This document shows, in pieces, positions 22,609 to 34,774 of a stretch of DNA of 64,000 nucleotides. The notes under the pieces are model-generated. The model had not been told where the DNA came from, made no database searches, and saw only the letters and a program-made list of their open reading frames with translations. The DNA comes from Lingula anatina (taxonomy: Eukaryota; Animalia; Brachiopoda), in contig CM120642.1 in assembly GCA_051362555.1 (NCBI GenBank), positions 17,422,001 to 17,486,000 on the forward strand, given 5' to 3'. Each line of letters opens with the position of its first letter. Position 1 is the first letter of the stretch. The translations under genes and the position numbers were made by a program.

Positions 22609-25600
22609 TCATGGTGGAGGAGTCAGAGAGTCGCAGTTCAGATTTTGACAACATTCACCGGGCTTAGGAGGATCCAGTATGCATCCCGCCGGAATAGGCA
22701 TTCCGTCCCAGTCTTGGCATCTGAAAAAATGACTTATTCGTTCTTTGACAATATTCTTTATAGCATTTAATGTAAATTAAGTTAAATTAATTTTTTTAAT
22801 CCAAAAATATTAAAATACTAATCTTTTCCGTCATGATATCACTTACTTGGGTTCACAGTAGACAAAGTTAGCTGATGACTTAATGCATCTGCAAGTTTGT
22901 TTGCACCCTATGTCCCAGACTTCTCCTTGAACGTGGAGCGCATTACTGTACAGGCAGTAACCTACAACATTAAAAAAAAAATAGATAAATAAACAGGCCC
23001 GTAGCCGGGGGAGAGTGAGTTAAGGGGAAGGGGGAAAGGTCCGCTCTAGGTAAAAATTGATAAAAGTTCACGAAGGTTTCATAGTAAAAAGTCCACTTGG
23101 TAAAAACAAGCGCTTTTGAAAGCGCTGCAGCCACGGGCGTGATAACGGTTGAGGGCGTGTTACACAGGTTAGATACTTGATAAAAAATGTGTACAGTTAT
23201 TTTCTATTTGATGCTACGGTAGGAAATATAATATGCATTATTAAAGTTAATTGTAGATTGAAGGAATCTTCCGGGCTTCCATGAAAATGAACCTGCGGAT
23301 CTCTTGATACCGGATTCTGATTTGAGGTGCTCTGGCGTGAATGCATATTTATGTTACTCACCACTGGGTCGCACACATTCAAAGTTGGTGCTGCCATTTA
23401 TGCTTCTGCATGGTATCGGATGCCCAGGTGCTGTTTCAGGACAAGGATTGGGATCACAAGGTTCTGAAATGAAAATGTGGGGATAAACTATTAGTCTGCT
23501 TAAGCCTCGTTGCAAGCAAATAGGTTTTTGACTTACTCCTGGAGACTTGCGATTTGGTTGTAATAAAAAAATTAATTGAAATTGAGACAGATTCTTTGTC
23601 TAATGGCCCACGTTTCACTTTTATCAAAATCATATATCTGGCGGTTAGTGTCTTTGTATCAATACTTTTACATTTGAATACTTACAAACCAAGGTAAACA
23701 ATTTTACACTTAAATTACCTTTTGCTGCCATGGTGGTGGTGGTGGTGGTGGTAAAAATAGTAGTGGGTGGCACTTCACAATTAACTCCGATAAAACCATC
23801 CGGACATTGGCAGATGTATCCATTGACTTCATCATAACATGAGCCGTTGTTCAAACAAGGATAAGATGCGCATTCGTTGATGTTGGTTTCGCAATGATAA
23901 CCGGTAAAGCCAAGTACACATGAGCAAGAATATCCGCTAATATCGTCGATGCATGTGGCGTTATTCTTACACGGTTGAGATGCGCATTCGTTGATGTTGG
24001 TTTCGCAGTGAGAACCGGTAAAGCCAAGTACACATGAGCAAGAATATCTATTAATATCGTCGATGCATGTGGCGTTATTCTTACACGGTTGAGATGCGCA
24101 TTCGTTGATGTTGGTTTCACAGTTAGAACCGGTAAAGCCAAGCGCACATGAGCAAGAATATTTATTAATATCGTCGATGCATGTGGCGTTATTCTTGCAC
24201 GGTTGAGATGCGCATTCGTTGATGTTGGTTTCGCAGTGAGAACCGGTAAAGCCAAGTGCACATGAGCAAGAATAGCTGTTTATATCGTCGATGCATGTAG
24301 CGTTATTCTTGCACGGTTGAGATGCGCATTCGTTGATGTTGGTTTCACAGTTAGAACCGGTAAAGCCAAGCGCACATGAGCAAGAATATTTATTAATATC
24401 GTCGATGCATGTGGCGTTATTCTTGCACGGTTGAGATGCGCATTCGTTGATGTTGGTTTCGCAGTGAGAACCGGTAAAGCCAAGTGCACACGAGCAAGAA
24501 TAGCTGTTTATATCGTCGATGCATGTAGCGTTATTCTTGCACGGTTGAGATGCGCATTCGTTGATGTTGGTTTCGCAGTGAGAACCGGTGAAGCCAAGTG
24601 CACATGAGCAAGAATAGCTGTTTATATCGTCGATGCATGTAGCGTTATTCTTGCACGGTTGAGATGCGCATTCGTTTATGTTGGTTTCGCAGTTAGAACC
24701 GGTAAAGCCAAGTGCACATGAGCAAGAATAGCTGTTTATATCGTCGATGCATGTAGCGTTATTCTTGCACGGTTGAGATGCGCATTCGTTGATGTTGGTT
24801 TCGCAGTTAGAACCGGTAAAGCCGACTGCACATGAGCAAGAATAGATGTTTATATCGTCGATGCATGTGGCGTTATTCTTGCACGGCTGAGATGCACATT
24901 CGTCAATGTTAGTTTCACAGTGTTTTCCAGTAAACCCATTTCTGCATTGACAAACATAACCATTTACGGCATCTTTACACACAGCACCATTTACACAAGG
25001 GTTAGAGTTACATTCATTTATCCTCATGGTGCACGTCTTGCCTGTCAGTCCAGCGGGGCAAACGCAGACGTAAAAGTCCACCCCATCTTTGCAAGTCCCG
25101 TAGTTCATGCAAGGTTGAGAGTCACATTCATTGATGTTAGTCTCGCACGTTTTCCCCGAAAATCCAGGAAGACATTGACAGGAAAATCCATCGACTTCAT
25201 CAGTGCAGGTACCGCCATTCTTACATGGTTGGGATGCACATTCGTCTATATTTACGTCGCAAGTTTCACCCGTAAACCCTGGGCGACAATGGCATTTATA
25301 TCTGCCCAACAAGCTCTCGCACGTCCCTTGCTGTTGGTGGCACGGGTTGCTGGCGCATTCGTTTATTTTAGCCTCACAATCCACGCCAGTAAACCCAGCG
25401 TCACAATGGCACGTATAACTATTGATGTCATCTCGGCACCATCCATGTCCGCTGCAGGAACGTAAATCACAATCGTTGATGTTGCGTTCACAGTTCTTTC
25501 CAGTAAAACCTTTGTCACATGAGCAAGTGTAGCTATTCACCCCATCAATGCACCTCCCCCGCCCACTGCACTTAAATCCATCTGGCCGGCAATCGTCCAT

Positions 25601-26104
25601 GTCCGTTTCACAATTTCTTCCCGTAAAACCATTGTCACATTTACATATGTAACTCTGAAAGTTGTACGTGTCATAACACTTCCCTCGCCCACTGCATATA
25701 CCAGATCTGGCGCAATAACTGGTGCTGGTTTCACAGAAGGAGCCGGAAAATCCAGGTGGACAATGGCAGCGGTACCCGTCGTATATTCCACTGTTCCGAC
25801 AAGGGTTCTTGAGCCCTGACCCTAATGGACAATATGAACATTGTATGTCTCATTGGCGAGCTTCTTTATTTATGTAATATAGGTTATTTCATGTAGTGAT
25901 TAACCCCTGTGCATCAATAAGAATTTATTCAGCCAACTATAAAAATCCGAAACCATTTTCATTTAGAGCTTAGTTTGAATTTGAAAGTAAAATCCGTGCA
26001 ATAAATAAATTACATGTATATATATGGTTTGAAAAACAACGAATATAAAACTGTTTAAATATAGATCCCCCTTCTCCCTCCCCCCTCTCTCTTTCACACA
26101 CACA

Positions 26105-26136
<32 letters not shown>

Positions 26137-26485
26137 CACACAGAGTAAAATTGAATACTTAAGATATTCACCTACCTGTTTTTATCTCGCATATGTAGGG
26201 CAGTGCACAATTACAGGGCAGTGACCGTATGGCACCTGTGCCGGACAAACTGAGGCCGAGACTGCTGCACCAACCAACTATGATACGGTTGTAAGTAAAT
26301 AAACACATGTTCACTCACTGTGTATCATAAAACGTATACATAACAGCAGTACTCATGGATATCATTATCATGTTCTCATCAGCCTTCGTGAGAAAATTAT
26401 ACGCAAAACGCAGTGCAGACACAATAACATGTATGATTTTTTTTGTGTTACATGTACAAGTGATTAAACATTTTTAAAGGCTTAC

Positions 26486-26540
<55 letters not shown>

Positions 26541-27384
26541 CTGTTCTTTTGTAGCGTCCATATGGTATCCTGGAATATGAAATAATGTATATTAACTTAA
26601 GACTTCGATCATGCATGTTTTTATTTTTCATTTAATAATATGTAATTGATTTGGATGCTGAATTTATGTTTGCAAATTTACCTTAAGAGCTTCCCTTATG
26701 ACCTGTATTATGTACGAGAAAGTGTAACGAAACTGAGGGTCCGTGTAACAGAAAGTTCGCCCTCCATTTAGATATAATGGTTAGGGTTAGCCTGACCTAA
26801 ATGGGTCAAAATCTAGGGCAAGGCTTACCTGTATAATTGATAGGGAAGCGGACTCTCTGTCACGTGGGACTCTTTGTCACGATACACCGTATACCAGAGG
26901 GCCTTCAGTCTGTTTTAGCTAATTGAAGAACTGATCTCTCTATAACAAATAATGTGTACCGGTCACACACGACTTTAGGAGCACCAGTGACCTATGGTGT
27001 GCAGTAAACGTATCAAGCTCATTTGTTCCCAGAGGCATATATTCTAAATGTCTTCAACCTTTAAAATATCATACCTTGAGGGGCATTGGAAGGTTGGAGG
27101 ATGTACCCTATATGTATTAGAGGGAAATCTGCTGTAGACTTTACTCGTTATCCAGGCATCCTTGACATTATATTTTTTCAGTGCACTGTTCAATTCTCTT
27201 TTTTCTTGGTACATATTAGGTCCAATATAGGCAAGATTTCCACCCAGTTTGTTCCTGCAGTAACATTGTGCCGAAGTCCAGGAACTTGCAACATGGCAAA
27301 TTTGGTATTTTTTAGATGAGCTGAACCTCAACTCGGAGCAACCTTAAAAGTGCAGGAGTGTAAGTTTTAGATATGACGTATGCA

Positions 27385-27436
<52 letters not shown>

Positions 27437-27965
27437 AAAATAAAATAAAATAACGTGACAAAAGCATTGATAATTATATGTGTTCTAGCGACGACAGTCA
27501 AATATTGTAAAATAGCATTTAAAAGAAAGTGATATTCACGGCCTCTTAAAAGAAAATGTCATTGAAGTTATTATATATAACACTTTTGGTTTCATAATCC
27601 TGTCGTCATATTTTTTAACTCCATAAAACAGTTCTATTTCATCAGTTTCATAACAACATTGATCGCACGTGGGGTAATTGAACTGAAGAACATGTTTTAA
27701 AAACACAGCATTCTGCAATTTAAAGTAATGAGTCCATCGTAACAGAAACAACATTACGCGATAATGCTTAAATACAGTAAACAATCTCAGCTTACACTTC
27801 CTTTACTGACATTACCATAAAATACGTGTGGTTACCTTTCGGCCCACCATAGTTACCCCAGGGGCATCCGCTGCCGTATGGGGGGTATGTGCCCTTGCCT
27901 GGTGCGATGAAGTGCCCTAGGACACAGCATACTAATAGGCTAATGTGCAGTAGCCCAAGACCCAT
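22609..27965 (-). CDS. Gene A: secreted signal peptide - CTLD - 18 EGF - Thr-rich - 4-Cys EGF-like - VWC-like protein; exons 27965-27836, 27342-27075, 26569-26541, 26277-26176, 25821-23719, 23463-23362, 22961-22847, 22720-22609
   Basis: Signal peptide MGLGLLHISLLVCCVLG; CTLD WTSAQCYCRNKLGGNLAYI...DAWI...WCSSL...LPCNCALPYICE; Ca-binding EGF consensus NINECASQPCKNNATCIDDINSYSCSCALGFTGSNCE; VWC-like CLYSNALHVQGEVWDIGCKQTCRC...CEPKC...PGECC; all junctions GT-AG and in phase, open to TGA at 22609-22611. Confidence 0.88.
23890..24915 (-). repeat. Nine near-identical 114-bp EGF-coding tandem repeats in gene A
   Basis: Repeating gatgcgcattcgttgatgttggtttc...gttattcttgcacggttga with a 114-bp period. 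Confidence 0.92.
26489..26538. repeat. (GA)n microsatellite next to the micro-exon donor
   Basis: Direct observation; matching (CT)n at 44207-44246 in gene B. Confidence 0.95.
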
Positions 27966-28032
27966 TTCGACGTGCAGGTTGGCAAGCAAGCCCGTCTAAT
28001 ATATCTACTCGTATCTAAATGTGCAGACGTCG

Positions 28033-28050
28033 TGACTCAGCGTTTTTATA
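28033..28050 (-). promoter_or_regulatory. TATA box plus AP-1 site of gene A
   Basis: Minus strand TATAAAAACGCTGAGTCA about 80 bp upstream of the ATG; conserved in B (TATAAACACGCTGAGTCA). Confidence 0.6.
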
Positions 28051-28719
28051 CTCTAGCCATGGCACATAGAAGCAATATTGCGCAAAGGATCTTTCAACCT
28101 GCACGTCCTCCCTCCTCTCTCTCTCTCTCTCTCTCTCTCTCCCCCCCCCCACCATACCCCCCTCTCACTCCCTGAACTTGTATTGGTGCATGTATCTGCA
28201 TGCGTGATTGCGGATTTGTAAACGTACGTCTTTGCCATTGTGACTGTGAGCAGTCCATCGCTATAAAAAATCTGGAGAAAACAATATGTTAGTCTATATT
28301 TACATGTAAACCAACGTCGGATATAGAAGGTATCACCTATTCTTATCAGGACGTGACTTATAACAAACAAGATAAGTACATGTACTTTGGTATAAGATTC
28401 TAGTTCCCTGTACGACACAGAACAAAGGTGATATGTTTAAATACAGTCAATTAATACGTTGTATATGTTAATAGCTTTATTAAGTACTACTTGTACTATT
28501 TCAATACGACTGGAAAAATTTCAAATTCAGAACAGTTGTTTCACGCTTTTGTCATTCTTTTCTGAAACGATAAAACAAACGCATTCCACAACCACACTTA
28601 CACCACACGCACGCACGTGAGCACACACACAAAGTCGCACATTCATTGAGACAAGTTTCTGTCGCATATTTTACCGACATTTGTATTTGGTATATAGGAA
28701 TATAATCCACTGCCAAACA

Positions 28720-28905
28720 AAGGGTACATGTATGTTCCCTTGCATTGCCTAGTGCGATGCATTGCCCTCAGACACAGTAGGCCTATGCTTGAAGGAAGCG
28801 TTCCTCAAAGACCCATCTCGACAAAGTGGCTAACGTGAGAACATTTCTTAACTATCTACTCGTATCAAAAACTACACATGACGTGATTCAGCGTGTTTAT
28901 ACTGC
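28720..28905 (-). pseudogene. Decayed tandem copy of promoter and exon 1 upstream of gene A
   Basis: Minus strand gcagtataaacacgctgaatcacg...gatacgagtagat...gagatgggtct...tactgtgtc...catcgcac.aggc...taccc...ggcagtgg parallels exon 1, with indels. Confidence 0.65.
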
Positions 28906-30488
28906 AGAGATAGCATCTCAGAGCATGATTAAAACAAAACAGAACTGGCATCGTGCCTGTATAGGCCCTATGTATGCGTACTTTTTAACGTCCTGATACA
29001 TATACACGTACACGTGTGTGCGTCCTTTTGTACCTGTGATCAGTCCATCACAATCAAAATTTACACAAGAGAACAATAAGTCTTATTAACTTATAAACAA
29101 ACGTATGATAGAGGAGATAACACATACTTTCAGGCCGCGACTTACAACAATCATGTTAACTACATGTACATGGGTACATGGTTCTATAATTAAATTCACC
29201 AAAACAGCTTTTAAATGTAATGTTGACTTTCTTTTTGTTATAATAATATTTTGAGTCACTTTGAAAAATGAAAATCGTATCTTGTTTACTTTTAGAACGT
29301 ATTTTCATCGACTTTTTTACTTGGGTTTGATACAATTTTCTTTCAGTTCAGCAATAATTTAATGAGCGTAATGATTTCTTTATCTGTGTATATTTATAAA
29401 TATACTGATCCCAAAGCCGACTCTAGATAGTTCCCACGACCAAAAGATAAAAATAGATGAAAACACCCGAAACGCTGAGTCGTGTACAGTGCCCCTCAGG
29501 ATTATTCAAACAGCGTTAATCCTGATGTAAAGGGTTGTCTTATTTTTTTATCCAAAAACCATGAAATTACTTATACCGACACCTATATTATAACTTTTTA
29601 GAAACTGACTGTGATTACGTCTAGCAGATCACACTTAGCTACTGGCAGTAAATGGGTGAACGCTGGAAATGTGAATAACATTGTAGGTACATTTATGTCT
29701 CCTTGATCTAAGCCAATTTAAATGATATGACATGCAGATAAAGTAATGTAAAAAACTCAAGTATGATGTTCGAAATTTGGCCGATGACGGCCCCATTTAT
29801 TGAAAGTCCCAATACTAAAAGAAATGAAGCAGATTAATGATAAACACTGAATAACGTTGACAAATGACATTTCACATTAATGTGTGCGCCTAAAACATGT
29901 ACATTTAAAATATAATTTCCAAAGAAATAGTGCACACATTTCTATTTGTGGGGCTGCAAAGAGGCCAAACTTTATATATATCCTAACTAAGCGTTCAATC
30001 CTATTCAATTCAAAACTTGCAAATATTTAGATTAAATTTCACTTTTCGTTAAGTTTATCCTCAGTCATACAGAAGCCTAGAGGACAATGAAGCAATTGGG
30101 GCATTTTAATATTGATTTTAAACAAATGAAACTCGGCTGCATAAATCTAACATTAAGTTAGTGGGACGGAGGACAGAAGCAGTAAATACCAGCATGGTAG
30201 AACTTTAACGTCAGTCAAAAACAATTAAATTCAGATAATTTGATTTCAACAGAAATTAAACAATCAAAAACAGCAGAGGTGGAAAAGTTACCCAATAATA
30301 TTACTCACTTGATATCACTTCTTTGACTAAAAGAGCGGAAACTTCCTTTCTCTTCCAAATGTATCATTAGCTTAACGAAGAGTAACGGTTTTGGTCGAGC
30401 TTAAATTTCACAACTAATCGCACTTGACAAAGGAACAACAAGTGCATAACGGGGTATTACAAATATACATGTACATCTGCCTGACTTA

Positions 30489-30709
30489 TACCCCCTTTAC
30501 ACTGGACGGCGTCCTTTCTGCGTCCTTTCTGCGACCATGAAATTTGGCATCGCTGTGGTCTTAATAAGGAGGCACGAGCATTGATTTTATCAGAATGAAT
30601 GCGCAGTGATCGGCCAGTTGTCGGCACGTAAAGTATTATACTTCTTTAACTCTCAAATGGGGCCGTACTGCTGGACGCAGAAAGGACGCCGTCCAGTGTA
30701 AAGGGGCCC
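30489..30709. mobile_element. Harbinger-like MITE (other copies 56477-56688 and a diverged one at about 55033-55228)
   Basis: TIR CCCCTTTACACTGGACGGCGTCCTTTCTGCG; TTA on both flanks. Confidence 0.8.
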
Positions 30710-30889
30710 TTATGGCAATTTGGACGTTGCCAAAGTTACTGCTTGCCGCTTGGTCGAGTGCAGTGAGGAGTGTTGCCGTTAGGTTGACATGGAATCGGGT
30801 TTCCAGGTGATGTCTGTGGACAAGGGTTCGGGTTACAGAGGTCTGTATAGAAACGTGAAGTAGTGCGTACGTTAACGACCGTCTGTTAA

Positions 30890-33800
30890 GATACTTCATG
30901 GTATATTACCACTTCATGGGATAAATGCTCTGATTTTACTGTCAAATCGACTTCATAGGATAAATTGCGACTTCATCTCCACATAAGATATTGCCTGCGA
31001 CTTCATGGGATAATGGTGAAGAAGTACCTGTTGTTGGTCCAACGTTATGAGAGAGAACGTTTTTGAAATATAATGTTTTTGTACTGTAAATATTATCCAA
31101 AATAGGTAAACTGTACGTTTTAATTCACTTGTATGACTGAATAGGGTTTCTTTAGTGGTATTGGATGCATGTTTTGAGTAATTTTAAAATACACAGGCGT
31201 ATGTAGGTGAGGATCCAGTATTTCTAAAAATTAGTACATTATGGGAGATTATGATCAGCGTTGAAGAAATAGGGGGTCCAGACCCCCTGGGTCCTCCCCT
31301 CCCAGATCCGCTTGATACATAAAACTACTGGATCAGGTAAACCAGGCTATGAAAATATAATTTACGCGTAGGTTACTGGATTATAAGATGGATAAATAAA
31401 CAAATAGGAATCAATTATTAAAGATAAATAAACAGATAATAAAAAGAAGCAGAGAAGGTCTTGTATATAATCGTGCTCTACAATTATCTTGATCAAGTCG
31501 CATCCCACTCTGAAAAGACTAATTTTTCCATGAGGTAAGACACGCGCAAGTGTAATGATTTACGTCTGTCCCTTGGTTTCCCAGATGCTCTGTTCTGGTC
31601 CTACACCTGTGAATGTCCATCATGGTGTGATCAATGGTGTCCCCGAAATGTGCCCTTGGCGGGCTCTCATTTGACCCGAAAGTATTATCTGCGGCACAGT
31701 CTGCATTTGAAAACCTGTAATAAGGCGTTCGGAGGGGGGGGGGGGGGAGGGTAGGCCTACTTGTTGTTTAGCAGCCTAATTAACGTAGTTGATCTGCCAG
31801 ATCAACAGGCTTGTAGATTGATATTTATTCAGAATTGTGGTTGATTGTAATTGTGGTTGATTGTAATTTTTATATCGTAATTTCTGCTATCTACCCGTAG
31901 ACCTTTAGTAGTGGGACTTTGCAGTCCTTTGGGGGGGGGGGGGGGGGTATATATTTTTTATATCGTTGTTACTGGTATCCTCTATCCATTAAAGTGAGGA
32001 ACATGAGACGTTGGGGATATTTAAACTTGCCATTAGGGATGTGCACGTGTCCTTCGGATTTTTGATGACTTTGGTGACCTAGGGGCGGTTGATTATTATC
32101 TTTAAATTGTATTTTCTGCTATATACCCATAGGTCTTTAGGTTGAGGAAACTAAAATGTCGGGGTGTGCATAGGCAGGGTTTTTTTTGTGACCTGGGGTG
32201 TGGCTGTCCCTGGGGATGGTACACATATATATTACCGTAATTTATTTCATCTCCCATTAGACCATTCGAATTAGGAACATGAGTCTTTGGTGAATGGGTG
32301 GGCTACATTAGTGTGACTTGGGGTGTGGCCGTCCCTAGGGGGTGGAGTGATTAGTGGTTTGTCAGGCAATGAAGCTGATTCCATAGATTGCACTTAAGAT
32401 TCCTTGCAGAGTTGGACCGACCCAGCTAGTACTACATCCTATGTGTGAATCTGATGGCGGTTTTCGAGTTAGGAAGGAAGGGGAAATGTAGAGAAAGCAG
32501 CAGACAGTACTAAATAACAGACCTTCAGTCGTATTCTTAAATATAGGTCAAGTAAATTAAAACCATTCAAGACCCCATACTCTCAGGAATCCTAGGGTCC
32601 AAGTCCCATTGTTCTTTAACATAAAACACACATGTTAATTACTGGGAAATAATTACTTGGGAAATTAACATTTTGTTTTGTGTTAAGACACAACAGCAGT
32701 CAAACGCTAGGATTCCTGATAGAGTGTGTGGGGCCTTGAATTAGTTTTTAATTGGATTCCCTGACCTATATTTATGCATATGGCTGGAAGTCCATTTAGT
32801 TCTGTATGTGCTTCTGCTGTTCTCTACATTTCTCAAGGACCCTTGCACATTCATTAAAATGACTGGTTCATCAATCTCCGTTTCATGTTCCTTAAATTTT
32901 AAGGGTATAGATGGCAGAAATAAAGTTGTGAAAAACAGAATCAACCACCCCCCGGGATAGCCACACCTGAAATATCATACTAACATTCCCGGAAACCTAT
33001 GCATATCCTCAATGGTAAGCTTATCAGCCCGGAAGGTTTCATGTTCCTAACTGTAATGGCGTAAGGGTAGAAGCACGAATAACGATGTAAAATTTAAAAT
33101 CAACCTCCCCAGGGACGGCCACACCCAATGTCACAAAAACCCAGAAGGACCCATACACATCCCCAAAGACAGATTTTTCAGACCCCATAGCCTTACGTTC
33201 CCAGCTTTATTGGTCTTAAGGATAGATATAGCAAGAATAACAATGTCAATTAGACTCACCCCCCCCCCAGCCCCCCCCCCAAAAAAAAAAAAAAAAATCC
33301 CAAGTGCCCTTCCACATTCAAAATAGTATGTAGCCACGTTTCATGTTCCTAGCATAAAATCCGATGTAAAAATTAGAATAGACCACCCCCAGGGTCGACC
33401 ACACCCCAAGTCACAATTGAATTCCGAAGAGCCTTTGCAAATTCCTATAATGATAGGTTTATTAATCCCCGACGTACCTGTATCAAGTTCTTATCTATGA
33501 TGGTTTAGGAAGTAACAATGTGAAATAGATTATGTATGTATAGAATGAATTGTCCACCACAGGGAAAGCTTGACCAATGTAAGCGTACCTAGCCGAGACA
33601 ACCCCGTCCCCATTCCAATTTTACCTCTATAGAACTTCACACTAGCTATTTATTGACTATGAAAAAATTCTGGTTGCAAAATGCCTTCCGGTTGAAAAAT
33701 TCGTTTTCACGATTTTCTTTGGTTGCAAAATGCGTTGCAGTTGCAAAATGCGGATCAACACCACTTTTATGAATCCCCAGTATTTCATTCTCCCCAACAT

Positions 33801-34774
33801 CTATCTGGACAGTTGACCGTTTCAAATCATTCAGATTTCAGACTTTCCGACCTAAGCGTTTTCATTAAGTATATAGGCCAGGAGGTCAATCTTTTTAAAC
33901 GACCGAGATATTTTCGAAACGTTTATGGTGCATATCAATAGAAAAGCCTATTTTTACAGCTTGTTATTGCAAGTCCTAACATTTATGTCATAGTTACAAA
34001 AGAGATAAATCTATAACACGAATAAGGGAATAGACGGTTTGTTAAAGATATTAATGTACACCTAGTGTGGAGCAAAGCCTAGTAGAGTTCTCTACCTACA
34101 GTGGAAAGACATACATTCTTGCTACTGTGTACTAGCCACATCTATAAACCTGCGCCGTCAATCAAACCACACATGGTCAGTTTTATGCCCTAGTTTAAAG
34201 GCAGGCAATGTGTTTATTTATACACTTCGTTTGTCTTATACATCTAGTGCCTTAGACCCGCCATGATTTAAGGTCCAAATATTGTTAGTTTTTAATCGTC
34301 CTGAAATCTGAAAAAAATCTCAAAACTAAATGGGTAAAACAAAAAACTAGCTTTATGCTTTCCGTCACTGGACCGGAGCTCTTGAAATAAAGTACATTAT
34401 TTATAGAAGTTAATTTCACGGGTATCTACGAGAACATCTGAAAATAACAGCTTCATTAAACTCCAACGAGATAAAATACGCACTATCATGAGTAATGTTA
34501 CTCCCCCCCCCCCCCCCCCCCACACACGCACACACCCCATTTCAAATACACGCGTCACGCTGGAAATCATGGTCTAGAATGAAACTTCATATCGACCTTT
34601 ACGCCTAATTTCCACATCCAACCAGAACTGAAACATGTTTGGATACAATGTACCATGAAGTGGTAATATACTACGAAGTCTCCTAAGGGTCCTTATTTTT
34701 TAACCAATGAAGTCGCCTTCTATCATGAAGTAGTAATTCTTATCCTATGAAGTGGTAATATACCATGAAGTATC
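30890..34774. mobile_element. Non-autonomous TTAA-flanked TIR element (Kolobok-like), copy 1
   Basis: TTAA|GATACTTCATGGTATATTACCACTTCAT...ATGAAGTGGTAATATACCATGAAGTATC|TTAA; subterminal ACTTCAT repeats. Confidence 0.8.

Noticed and set aside
23645-25600. Notch/Delta/Crumbs/fibropellin identity for the EGF ORFs
   Set aside because: No DSL, LNR, ankyrin, LamG, CUB, avidin or transmembrane segment seen; flanking exons give a CTLD...VWC architecture, so no gene symbol was assigned
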